A DNA stretch of 58,506 bases from a virus (lineage: Duplodnaviria > Caudoviricetes), in the IMG/VR virus record IMGVR_UViG_3300020469_000054, positions 1 through 58,506 of that record. One strand, given 5' to 3'. The translations under genes and the position numbers were made by a program. Position 1 is the stretch's first letter, and each line of letters starts with the position of its first letter. This document shows positions 45,667 through 54,508 of this stretch, piece after piece. Under the pieces are notes generated by a model. The model did not search any database. It worked only from the letters and a program-made list of their open reading frames with translations, and was not told the DNA's origin.

Positions 45667-47645
45667 TACTTACTAAGCAAAGGTGAAGGTCTTGTTACAA
45701 TTACTTCTGCAGGACTATTTATTGGTACCGCAGTAGGTACTGCTTCTGCAAACGCAATTGGAATTGGAACAGGAACAGATTCAATCTCATTAGACATCAT
45801 AGCAAACTGTGCAGAGAATGAAGGGATCTTCTTCTCAACACTTTTAAATGGTGATGCTGGAGAAACCCCACCAACTGAAGTTGGATTTATAAACGATGGT
45901 GAAGGTTGACCATGATTACTAGAAGATCCTATTAAACCACCCATTGACTTCTCTTCCATCTGACTAGGAAACATTACTGCACCTTTACTTTGTCCAGCAA
46001 GCATAGTTACAAGTTCTCCTAAATCAGGCAATTTACTTATAACACCCTCAATCTTACCTTTAACACTCATTGCACCAGGTATTAGATCTATCAAACCTTC
46101 TTCTGCTCCCATTACACTCTCAGGAAACATATCTCTACCAAACATATAAGCATCAAGTGCTAAAGAACCTGGCCACATACCAGCAATATCCAATGCTCCA
46201 GATATTGATTCAATTATACCTCCAACTAAATCTCCACTAGCAAATCTATCATAAGCAAAAAGTAAGTTAAATAAACCACCAATCCAAGGCAATGCTTTAG
46301 CACCCATTTTCTTAGCTATACTTCCAGCACCCTCAAGAGAAGTAAGACCAATTCCCTTCAACAACTTCTCTAAACCAGGAATCTTCATCAAATTTTTGAT
46401 CAATGAATCTTTCATAGCTAAGATGGGTTTCATAGGTGCTTCTAAGAATCCCATAAGAGGAGTCATTATTTTTTTACTAATACCATCCTGTACGTTTTTA
46501 GCCTGTTTACCAAACCAATCGCCAGCAACTGCTGTTGCATTATCATATTGTTTTCTTAAACTTTGACCAAAATCGGCCATCCGTTTCATATTGTTATTAA
46601 AACCTTTAACAGCCCAATCACTCACAGAATCAATAAGATTGCCAGTAGAAGTTGTTATTTTATTCCACCAACCACTCTTAGGTTTTACACCTTTAATCTT
46701 TCTTGCTTGACTAAGTGCATCCTTTACATTAGCTCCACCATCTCTTGCTTTTCTAAATGCACGTATTTGATCATCATCTAAACCCAAATCAGAAAGTTTA
46801 ATTTCCGACTTAAGTTTCTTTCTTATAGTGCCATCAGCATCAACTATATTCTTCTTTCGTACCTGTTTAAAATTACCATCCGCATCTACCCCACCACCTT
46901 TCTTCTTTGTTTTTACTCCATCATCTGCATCTGGTCCTTTAAATGGGTTTATATCTGATAACAGACCAGCAATCCAAACAATATCACCAATTAATGAAAA
47001 AGGATTCAGTAGATACTTTATTCCTGCAAGACCTACTAACAGTTTCCCAAAACCTTTTAATCGTGACCAAAAATCAGCTTCTGGATCTATTAAAGTGGTA
47101 AATCCATCAAGTACATTACCAGCAAAACCTCCCATCCATTTAGCTAGAGTGCCAAATACAACACCTGCTTTTTCAAGAGTATCTCTAAGTCTCTCACTAT
47201 TAGCAGGATCTGCTATCCAAGCAAGAACATCCTTAGCAATAATTAAACCAACAATATCCTTTAAGAAACTAACAAATGGTGCTATTGCATTATTAATCCA
47301 TTTCATAAATGGATTTTCTATTTCTTCTATCTCTTCTTCTTCATCATCTGTAGGTTCAGGTTTAGTAGATGTAGTTGTTACAGGTTTCTTACCTTCCTGT
47401 CTGTTTTCTGCTGCCTGATCCCTTTGACGACGTAATTTCTTTTTCTTTTTTTTCTTTTGTTCGTCTAAAAATTTTATATAAGCATTATTAGATATCACAG
47501 CAACTTCTAGTGTTGCTCCAATCCCCTCTACAGTTTTCCCAATCCTATTCTGAGCAACTACAAGGTTACCTGAAGCTTTAGTCGCAGCAGTAGCAGTAGA
47601 TGCCACTATTGGACTCACAAATTTATATGATACTATTTTAGCCAC
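45666..47645 (-). CDS. Tape-measure-like protein
   Basis: Long amphipathic helices; KALPWIGGLF...DRFASGDLVG; directly after gp26/gp51. Confidence 0.6.
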   Translation of the reverse strand: MAKIVSYKFVSPIVASTATAATKASGNLVVAQNRIGKTVEGIGATLEVAVISNNAYIKFLDEQKKKKKKKLRRQRDQAAENRQEGKKPVTTTSTKPEPTDDEEEEIEEIENPFMKWINNAIAPFVSFLKDIVGLIIAKDVLAWIADPANSERLRDTLEKAGVVFGTLAKWMGGFAGNVLDGFTTLIDPEADFWSRLKGFGKLLVGLAGIKYLLNPFSLIGDIVWIAGLLSDINPFKGPDADDGVKTKKKGGGVDADGNFKQVRKKNIVDADGTIRKKLKSEIKLSDLGLDDDQIRAFRKARDGGANVKDALSQARKIKGVKPKSGWWNKITTSTGNLIDSVSDWAVKGFNNNMKRMADFGQSLRKQYDNATAVAGDWFGKQAKNVQDGISKKIMTPLMGFLEAPMKPILAMKDSLIKNLMKIPGLEKLLKGIGLTSLEGAGSIAKKMGAKALPWIGGLFNLLFAYDRFASGDLVGGIIESISGALDIAGMWPGSLALDAYMFGRDMFPESVMGAEEGLIDLIPGAMSVKGKIEGVISKLPDLGELVTMLAGQSKGAVMFPSQMEEKSMGGLIGSSSNHGQPSPSFINPTSVGGVSPASPFKSVEKKIPSFSAQFAMMSNEIESVPVPIPIAFAEAVPTAVPINSPAEVIVTRPSPLLSK

Positions 47646-47829
47646 TAACTTGTTGCTCCTTGTAACGTCGTTCCTCTTCTTTTAGGAATGTTATTAACAT
47701 ATTAACGTAAATTTCCTTCTCCCAAGGCATCAAGTTTTCAATATATTCAATATTCCACTTGTGGTGGTGCATTAATGCAAAATTAGCCTCATAATAGGTT
47801 CTTAAGTTATTGTGTAGAAGGGCTACCCG
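47638..47829 (-). CDS. gp51: gp51-like hub assembly protein; probable -1 frameshift extension of gp26
   Basis: Read manually: RVALLHNNLRTYYEANFALMHHHKWNIEYIENLMPWEKEIYVNML...; the first ATG is only at 47772. Confidence 0.75.
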   Translation of the reverse strand, partial: RVALLHNNLRTYYEANFALMHHHKWNIEYIENLMPWEKEIYVNMLITFLKEEERRYKEQQVSG

Positions 47830-48536
47830 AAAAAACTGGATAATCCCTCAAGAACAACTTCAGATTTCACTTTTGTTTTGGGATTGGTCACTTCAATGGT
47901 GTGTGATAATTTAGGCATTGTTTCAAAAAAGGTTTGAATCAATTGAAACTGCTTAGTATTCATATCACCAAAGAATTCCATTAATTCCTTCTTTGGTTGA
48001 TCCTTACATGGATAAACTTGCTGAGAATCAGCAATACTTTCAGCACAACCTGCTGCAAGCTCAAATATTTGATCCATATCAGTTGCACCTTCACCTGTAA
48101 AGTTTGATTTAACAAACATATCCAAACTAGGATATCCCATCGTTAAAATAACATCATCACTCAATTTAAGAGTTTTAGTATGTGTTGGATCCTTTCTAAC
48201 TTCAATATCATCTAATGGAATTGTTACTTTCACATCAGTCTCATTATCATCTGGACATGTAACAGATACATCAACATTCTCACCAACAGATCTGGTGCGA
48301 ATTTTCAAGAAAAGAAATTCAATATCGAATGTAGATAAATTATTTACACTCTTCAAATTAGTGCATGATAAAAGAATATTCTTAACTGCGTTGATTAGAT
48401 CTTTTTGCTCACCTGTTTCCATTGCAAGAAATAGAAGTTTTTCTTCTTTTACTAGAAATGGTCTATATTTAACAGTTTTACCAGACGAAGGTAATTTTAA
48501 ATGATATTCAGGTACATTTAGCTTTGGTAATGCCAT
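47823..48536 (-). CDS. gp26: Baseplate hub assembly chaperone (cyanophage gp26)
   Basis: MALPKL..P.Y.L.LPS...KYRPFLVKEEK, FDIEFLFLKIR..SVGE and LEGLSSFF. Confidence 0.9.
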   Translation of the reverse strand: MALPKLNVPEYHLKLPSSGKTVKYRPFLVKEEKLLFLAMETGEQKDLINAVKNILLSCTNLKSVNNLSTFDIEFLFLKIRTRSVGENVDVSVTCPDDNETDVKVTIPLDDIEVRKDPTHTKTLKLSDDVILTMGYPSLDMFVKSNFTGEGATDMDQIFELAAGCAESIADSQQVYPCKDQPKKELMEFFGDMNTKQFQLIQTFFETMPKLSHTIEVTNPKTKVKSEVVLEGLSSFFG

Positions 48537-48561
48537 ATAAAATTCAATTCAGTACTTATAT

Positions 48562-49341
48562 TTAGGAGTTATTCTGATCTTGTTGTAAATCAGCTGCAAC
48601 ACCAGTTTCACCTGTTGTAAGATATGATCTACCTAAGTTATCGATAGAATCAGCACCATAAAATCTATACCTCTCATAAAAGAATCCAATATCAAGTTTC
48701 AATAGAGATGCTTGCTCATTAGTCAATGCCATTGTTCCAATATTCATTGGGAATGCATTTCTTATATCATATATACCAACTAACTGATCATCTCTATATC
48801 TCTCAACATCAGATATCTTAACTCCAATCTTTCTTAAGAAAGCTTTAACTGCATCAGGTAACGTTATCTTTTCTCCTCCACCTCTCTCCCATTTGAAGAT
48901 ATAAAGATGAGGACAAGTATAGTTCTCATAATAATCAGTCATTTGATTGGAATCAGGAGACATAAGTTGAATCCATCTTTCAAAGATCATCCTAGTCTTA
49001 TGATTTCTAGGTAATGTGAAACTAATGTTTATCTGACTAAATGAAGATGATGTTGCATAATTATAAGCTGATCCAATATTTGTAATTGATGCTGTAGTTA
49101 CTTGCTTACTTGGTAAATTGACCGTATCAGCATATAAATTCAAATATTTGGCATTATCACCAGTTTCCAACAAATAATTACTAGTAGGATAATAAAAACC
49201 AGACCTAAACACAATAGGAGTACTAAATTGCACTGAATACCTATTACTGAAGCTAGGGTTATTGTTATTACCCTTAAACCATTCAGAGAATTCTGTTAAC
49301 CTTGCTCTAGGGGTTTGTTTAGATGCTCCGTTTAAATCCAT
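48562..49341 (-). CDS. Tail tube initiator or tube-fold protein (gp54-like)
   Basis: NRYSV.F, V.LPSK, FERW and NAFP.NIG...L pattern. Confidence 0.6.
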   Translation of the reverse strand: MDLNGASKQTPRARLTEFSEWFKGNNNNPSFSNRYSVQFSTPIVFRSGFYYPTSNYLLETGDNAKYLNLYADTVNLPSKQVTTASITNIGSAYNYATSSSFSQINISFTLPRNHKTRMIFERWIQLMSPDSNQMTDYYENYTCPHLYIFKWERGGGEKITLPDAVKAFLRKIGVKISDVERYRDDQLVGIYDIRNAFPMNIGTMALTNEQASLLKLDIGFFYERYRFYGADSIDNLGRSYLTTGETGVAADLQQDQNNS

Positions 49342-49345
49342 AGTT

Positions 49346-49765
49346 TTAGATCTTTAGTTCCTTCTCAGTTATTATCATAAATTTCCAATTATGGTCTTTG
49401 CAGAATTTAGTTGCTGCTTTCCACTTTGCACTATTTACACTCCAAGTCACAACTTCACGAATATAAGTCTTGGTGATTTTCTTTTGAGTTTTAGGTTCTT
49501 TCGTCTGCCTGAATGGTTTTACTTCGACTAGATACTTCTTGTTAGCAATCTTAAGATAGAAATCAGGATAATATCTATGTTTTTTACCATCAGTAGGAGA
49601 AACATAAGGAATTATAATTTCCTCACTACCCCACTCTTCCACAGAAGGTGTATCATCACACCATCTCATAAATTTATATTCCCAAGATGACCTGTAAATG
49701 ATGTTTTTGGGATCACCTTTATACTTTCTTGGTCTCGAAGGTGTATAACGACCCTGATACCTCAT
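49346..49765 (-). CDS. gp4: Head completion nuclease gp4
   Basis: KYKGD..NIIYRSSWE, WGSEE, HRYYPDF, EVKP and ITEKEL. Confidence 0.92.
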   Translation of the reverse strand: MRYQGRYTPSRPRKYKGDPKNIIYRSSWEYKFMRWCDDTPSVEEWGSEEIIIPYVSPTDGKKHRYYPDFYLKIANKKYLVEVKPFRQTKEPKTQKKITKTYIREVVTWSVNSAKWKAATKFCKDHNWKFMIITEKELKI

Positions 49766-49796
49766 AAATAACATTGTAAGTGCTGATTCTATTTAG
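49764..49796. promoter_or_regulatory. Late promoters for the divergent gp4 and gp48 genes
   Basis: ATAAATA (+) at 49764-49770 and CTAAATA (-) at 49790-49796. Confidence 0.7.
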
Positions 49797-50849
49797 GTGG
49801 CTTCTACAATTCTTAAATATCCATTAAAAGCCCCTGTCGAAGGAGACTATCTTGATAGTGAAGATGCTCCCACAGGAAGAACCGATTATTTGAGGATACA
49901 AAGGTTTAGAACAAACTACGCACAATCCGAAAATGGGTATGGTGGAGATAACCTTCCAAACAATAACGTTTCCACATCTTTAAGTTCCAATATTGCATAT
50001 CTGAATATACCTCCTAGTCTAACTACTAGTTACCAAGGAGATTATGACCAGATCAATATGGGTCAACTTGGTGTTCTAGCAGCACAAACTGCTGCTGGTA
50101 TTGCTGGTGGTGGAAATGCAACAGATACAATTACATCATCATTACAATCAGCAGCATCATCGGCATTTCCAGAAATGGCGTATAATAAAGGTGCTTCTGC
50201 TACTCAAAGTCTTGGATCATTAACTGGTCTTGAGACTGGTGTTACTGGTGGTGCATTACAAGCTCTAACAAAGGGAAGGATTATGAATCCTTTTACAGAG
50301 CAAGTTTATAATGGTATTCCTTTTAGGAATCACACTTTTGACTTTAAGATGTTTGCTCGTAATAAAAAAGATGCAGAATCTATCATGAGTATTATTAAAT
50401 ACTTAAAAATGGGTACTGTGCCTTGTCTTGGAGATGCAGATGCTGCAGAACTTGACTTATTATCACAAGGTACTAGTGGAGATACAACTAGTAATAGTAA
50501 TGGTAATACTAATGGTTTCACTTCACAAACTACCACAAGTCAAATTAACACATCTGGTAGATTTCTATTAGTCCCAGATAAGTTTTTATTGGAATTTGTA
50601 AGAATGGATCCAAGAACAGATTCAATTACAAGATTACCACATTATAGATTTCACCCATGTGTTTGCACTAATGTTAGTGTAAATTATACACCAGATGGTC
50701 AATATGTATCCTTTAAAGATGCTATTGCAGATTTATCATATGATGAGACTACAGGATCAAGACAGTTACTTGTACCTGCTGTCCAACTAACTCTAAATTT
50801 CTCAGAGACTAGGATTATGACTAAACAAGACATTATTGCAGGATACTAA
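49797..50849 (+). CDS. gp48: Baseplate tail tube cap gp48
   Basis: NPFTEQVYNG..FR.HTF.FKM.ARN and C....VSVNYTPDG...L.F.E; gp4-gp48-gp53 gene order. Confidence 0.85.
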   Translation: MASTILKYPLKAPVEGDYLDSEDAPTGRTDYLRIQRFRTNYAQSENGYGGDNLPNNNVSTSLSSNIAYLNIPPSLTTSYQGDYDQINMGQLGVLAAQTAAGIAGGGNATDTITSSLQSAASSAFPEMAYNKGASATQSLGSLTGLETGVTGGALQALTKGRIMNPFTEQVYNGIPFRNHTFDFKMFARNKKDAESIMSIIKYLKMGTVPCLGDADAAELDLLSQGTSGDTTSNSNGNTNGFTSQTTTSQINTSGRFLLVPDKFLLEFVRMDPRTDSITRLPHYRFHPCVCTNVSVNYTPDGQYVSFKDAIADLSYDETTGSRQLLVPAVQLTLNFSETRIMTKQDIIAGY

Positions 50850-50851
50850 AA

Positions 50852-51763
50852 ATGGCATATTTCGATCAATTACCAGATGTATTTGTTGCAGATTCAGGTC
50901 AAGAAGAAAAAGTACGGTATAAGTTAGTAAAAAATATCTTTAGGAGAGTAATTCTTCCTGAAAAGATGGCAAAATATGCCACTCTATTTAATGAATACTA
51001 TATTCCTGATGGAATGAGACCTGATATGGTCGCACAAAAGTTTTATGGTGATCCAGAGTTGGATTGGATTATTTTACTATCTAACAATATAACTGATGTA
51101 TACACTCAATGGCCAAAAAGAGAAAATAACCTAACTTCATTTGTTTCCAATAAATATGATGATCCAGATTCAATACATCACTGGGAAACTATGGAAGTGA
51201 AAAGTGGTGATATATCAATAGCAAAAGCTGGTATTGAAGTTAATGAATCTTATAGAGGTATTGATATAGACGGTAATCCTTTAACTAAAGAGCAATCAGT
51301 ATATCCAGTATCAAACTATGAACATGAATCCTACTTAAATGAAAAGAATCGATTAATTTCAATACCAACAAGTAGATTAGTTGATTTCTATGAAGAACAA
51401 TTTAAAGATTTAGTTGATTATAAACCTCATGATGAAGTTGATGACTTTGGACGTAAGAGGACACATATTTCACTAGCATCTGCATTCTTGGATAGAGATG
51501 CATTTAGAAGAAGTGCGTTATCTAATATACAAGCAGCAATTACAAATACTAGTGGATCCGTCACATTCGACTATGGAGATGGTAATCTTGTGCAAGGAGT
51601 TGCTGGTACTACTGCTACTGTAACTGTTGATAATACATCTAGCACTTCATCCACATCTAACACTTCATCCACATCTAGCACTTCATCTACATCTAACACT
51701 TCATCTAGCAGTAGTAGCAGTAGTAGTGAATCTTCATCTAGTGGGTCTGGATATGGTTACTAA
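50852..51763 (+). CDS. gp53: Baseplate wedge subunit gp53 with Ser/Thr-rich tail
   Basis: YF..LP, KNIFRR, RPD.VA..FYGD..LDWIILL.NNI and NE..R.I. Confidence 0.9.
   Translation: MAYFDQLPDVFVADSGQEEKVRYKLVKNIFRRVILPEKMAKYATLFNEYYIPDGMRPDMVAQKFYGDPELDWIILLSNNITDVYTQWPKRENNLTSFVSNKYDDPDSIHHWETMEVKSGDISIAKAGIEVNESYRGIDIDGNPLTKEQSVYPVSNYEHESYLNEKNRLISIPTSRLVDFYEEQFKDLVDYKPHDEVDDFGRKRTHISLASAFLDRDAFRRSALSNIQAAITNTSGSVTFDYGDGNLVQGVAGTTATVTVDNTSSTSSTSNTSSTSSTSSTSNTSSSSSSSSSESSSSGSGYGY
51635..51706 (+). repeat. 4 x 18-bp tandem repeat in the gp53 tail
   Basis: ACATCTARCACTTCATCY x4, encoding TS(S/N)TSS. Confidence 0.85.
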
Positions 51764-51787
51764 ATACTTATCATATGAGGAGGAGAA

Positions 51788-52315
51788 ATGAAAACATTTA
51801 ATCAATTCATAAAAGAAGGAAAGGGTTATCAACCAGAAATAGAACATAGTAAAATGGGTGATGCCAAAAAGAAGGCAGACAAGAAAAGAGAATCTAGTTT
51901 ACCACCTCATCTACAAGGAGATGCTATTGGTAAGATGAAGAAAGCATTTGCTACTGAAGGTAAGGATGGTCTATGGGATAACATCCGTCAAAAGAAAGCA
52001 AGGATGAAGTCAGGATCTGGTGAGAAGAAAGCAAAACCAGGTGACAAGGACTATCCAAAGACACTTAATGTAGAAGGTGCTGCATGGACAAAAAAATCTG
52101 GTCAAAACAAAGAAGGTGGTTTAAATGAAAAAGGAAGAAAGTCCTACGAGGCAGAGAATCCAGGAAGTGACCTTAAAGCTCCTTCAAAGAAACCTGGCAA
52201 CAAGCGTAGAGCGTCTTTTTGTGCGAGGATGAAAGGTATGAGGAAGAGACAGAAACCTTCCAACAATACTGGAGATGATAGATTATCTAAATCGTTAAGA
52301 GCTTGGAACTGTTAA
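51788..52315 (+). CDS. Putative internal head protein with capsid-targeting N-terminus
   Basis: MKTFNQFIKE; TAAATA late promoter at 51761; GAGGAG RBS; basic modules. Confidence 0.65.
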   Translation: MKTFNQFIKEGKGYQPEIEHSKMGDAKKKADKKRESSLPPHLQGDAIGKMKKAFATEGKDGLWDNIRQKKARMKSGSGEKKAKPGDKDYPKTLNVEGAAWTKKSGQNKEGGLNEKGRKSYEAENPGSDLKAPSKKPGNKRRASFCARMKGMRKRQKPSNNTGDDRLSKSLRAWNC

Positions 52316-52328
52316 AAAACCTACAGGC

Positions 52329-52362
52329 AAAAAAATACCCCGACTTTTTTTCGGGGTTTTTT
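52329..52362. terminator. Bidirectional terminator between convergent units
   Basis: A-run, ACCCCGA..TCGGGGT hairpin, T-run. Confidence 0.75.
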
Positions 52363-52386
52363 GTGAACTAAAGATTGAATAATATA

Positions 52387-52560
52387 TCAGTCTTGCATGG
52401 GACTTCCAGTCCTATACCTTGCATTAACTATCATGGATTCGATTTCTAGAATATAATTCGTGTCTATCCATCTATCCTCTTTAATTTCATCCATTGCTTG
52501 TGATGCTTTACAAGGCAAAGGTGGTTGTTGATCATTATGTGAGAAAAAATCTCCTGACAT
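52387..52560 (-). CDS. Hypothetical protein (57 aa)
   Basis: Read manually: MSGDFFSHNDQQPP...VNARYRTGSPMQD. Confidence 0.5.
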   Translation of the reverse strand: MSGDFFSHNDQQPPLPCKASQAMDEIKEDRWIDTNYILEIESMIVNARYRTGSPMQD

Positions 52561-52596
52561 TTGGATTGTGTTGAATTCTACACACTATTTTATATG

Positions 52597-52624
52597 AGAA
52601 AACCCCCATAAAGGGGGTTTCTTT
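52597..52624. terminator. Hairpin terminator
   Basis: AAACCCCC-ataaa-GGGGGTTT. Confidence 0.65.
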
Positions 52625-52647
52625 ATACTATCTTTCGGTTTGATCAA

Positions 52648-52929
52648 TTAATCGTAACGATGTATATGATCTCGATAATAGTGGTAGTGGCGATGAGGAT
52701 CATGATACTTTCTGTAACAGGACACTCTCACTTGCTCATAATAATAGAAAATGTGTCCTTCTGGGTTCCTTGATTCTCTGTAAACATTATCATAACACAC
52801 TCTTCTACCATGATATTGGCGAGGATGGTGATGACTTTCTTCTACAAAGGGTTCCCAAAACTCTTTCCATGTTAGTGCGTTAGCAGGTGATGCTAACGAT
52901 AACAGAGCCAGAGGTATCAGGAATTTCAT
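52648..52929 (-). CDS. Signal-peptide, His-rich hypothetical protein
   Basis: MKFLIPLALLSLASPANA signal peptide; His/Tyr/Arg-rich mature part. Confidence 0.6.
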   Translation of the reverse strand: MKFLIPLALLSLASPANALTWKEFWEPFVEESHHHPRQYHGRRVCYDNVYRESRNPEGHIFYYYEQVRVSCYRKYHDPHRHYHYYRDHIHRYD

Positions 52930-53846
52930 TAGTCTTCTTCAGCAAGTTGTGCGAAATAAGATAATGTATCACCTTCTGCTTCTACTGGGGAAGAAGCAAC
53001 TGCTTTCTCTTGAAAGTTTTTAACTTCCTGACCCCAAGGTTTTGCAACAACTTCTTCCTGTGACTCATCAACACGTGGTGCTGGAGCAATAGGTGGAGTT
53101 ACTTTACCAAGTACAAGATTCAAACGCCCTTGTAATTGTTCGAAGGTCTTAAAATTCTTAGGATCTTCAAATTCAGCAAGAGGGAATGCTTGTTTCCAAA
53201 TTCCCTCAAGTGCTTTATCATCCTCAAGTAGAGGAGCAGGTGTAGCGAATTCAGACTTATCATAATTCCAATAACCATCAACCTTGCGGATCTTTAGTTT
53301 GAAATTAGCACCAGTCCAGAAGTTAAATGGATCTAGTGGAGTCTCATCAGCAAATGCAGGTTGCATTGCTTCAATTAGTTTGTCAAAGATTTTCTTTCCA
53401 AACTTGTAAAGGAATACCTTTCCTTCATTTTCTGGGTGAGCTGGGTCACTGACAACGTAAATGTTAGAGTAGTAAGAAAGCTTACGCTTCTGTGCTCTAG
53501 CAGTTGCTTTATCTTGATCCCGACCACTGTTCCAAAGACCTCTATTCAAATCAGATACTGGATCTTCTTTACCAAGAGTAGTTAGTGAGTTTTCAATGTA
53601 CCACTGACCACCAGGTCCTTTGAAAGCGTGTGACCATACTTTTGCCCAAGGCATGTCTTCCCCATCGGGTGCAGGGAGGAAACGTACTACTGCGTAACCG
53701 TTTCCAGACTTATCCAACTCAGGTTTCCATAGTCTCTCATCGGGACCGCTAGAAGCTTGTGGTTGGTTAATCTTTTCGATCTCTCTAGTCAACTTAGCAA
53801 GAGTATCTCCCTTACTAGATGCCTTTTTGAGTGATGCGAATGACAT
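52929..53846 (-). CDS. gp32: ssDNA-binding protein gp32
   Basis: DERLWKP..DKSGNGYAVVRFLP, WYIENSLTT and YFAQLAEED acidic tail. Confidence 0.96.
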   Translation of the reverse strand: MSFASLKKASSKGDTLAKLTREIEKINQPQASSGPDERLWKPELDKSGNGYAVVRFLPAPDGEDMPWAKVWSHAFKGPGGQWYIENSLTTLGKEDPVSDLNRGLWNSGRDQDKATARAQKRKLSYYSNIYVVSDPAHPENEGKVFLYKFGKKIFDKLIEAMQPAFADETPLDPFNFWTGANFKLKIRKVDGYWNYDKSEFATPAPLLEDDKALEGIWKQAFPLAEFEDPKNFKTFEQLQGRLNLVLGKVTPPIAPAPRVDESQEEVVAKPWGQEVKNFQEKAVASSPVEAEGDTLSYFAQLAEED

Positions 53847-53918
53847 AATCGTATTCTCCGTATTGTGTGTATGAATTGCTACTGAGTAATCGTAGCATAC
53901 TATTTAGGTGTTGTCAAG

Positions 53919-54248
53919 CTACTCAATAATCTCATTGGTAGCAGCTTTATCAAGTGTCTCTACCATAGCATCTAGACACTCAAACATATCTCTATACCCA
54001 AATGCACTAGTAAGTGAATTAATCTTTTCCTTCATCTCAAATGCCTCTGGATCTTCTGCAGCAGACAATGATAAACGTGTATAGAATGTTCTTTGCTTAT
54101 CAATTAAAACTTTACAGTCATCTATATGCTCTAACCTATCTTCTCGTTTCATCGTGCCTAACTGTGATGTCTTATGTGCAACATACTGATAGGTATCAAA
54201 TATAGTTTGCAACTCTGCTTGTACTTGGTCTGACTGGAAGAAAGTCAT
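53919..54248 (-). CDS. Cyanophage/cyanobacterial hypothetical protein (DUF1825-like)
   Basis: FFQSDQVQ.EL..IF..YQ...LIDKQ..FY.RL.LS..DPEA. Confidence 0.7.
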   Translation of the reverse strand: MTFFQSDQVQAELQTIFDTYQYVAHKTSQLGTMKREDRLEHIDDCKVLIDKQRTFYTRLSLSAAEDPEAFEMKEKINSLTSAFGYRDMFECLDAMVETLDKAATNEIIE

Positions 54249-54508
54249 AAAGGTAATACTCCTTTAGATGTTTTTTTCATGTAATTATACTTCTGTGCCT
54301 CATGCTTTAATCTTTCCTTTAATGGTTTAGATAAAAGTTTTGGGACACTATCTATTTCAAGATCATTTTCATTGCAGTAAGTAACTACTGCTTCGATGTA
54401 AGATATTAAACCATTGCTGGTTTTAACTAACCTTTCAATTTCCATAGAAAACTTTGCGGATGTCATGAAGTTCTCTTCAGGATTAACTTTTTTCTTATCC
54501 TTTGGCAT
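54245..54508 (-). CDS. gp33: Late transcription coactivator gp33
   Basis: FS.EIE.LV...SYIEAV..YC..N..E...V.KL.SKPLKE.L..EA; probable start MPKDKKK. Confidence 0.85.
   Translation of the reverse strand: MPKDKKKVNPEENFMTSAKFSMEIERLVKTSNGLISYIEAVVTYCNENDLEIDSVPKLLSKPLKERLKHEAQKYNYMKKTSKGVLPL

Noticed and set aside
47435-47460. Poly-A run encoding KKKKKKK as a frameshift or phase-variation site
   Set aside because: The ORF stays open across it and the run is interrupted by G; it fits a charged segment.
154-48504. Numerous plus-strand ORFs in the track (e.g. 2825..3157, 32718..33098, 46828..47418)
   Set aside because: They are antisense shadows of long minus-strand genes with no recognisable motifs.
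49346-49765. TnsA-like nuclease as a transposon
   Set aside because: It is the conserved head-completion gene gp4 in its usual position; there are no transposon ends.
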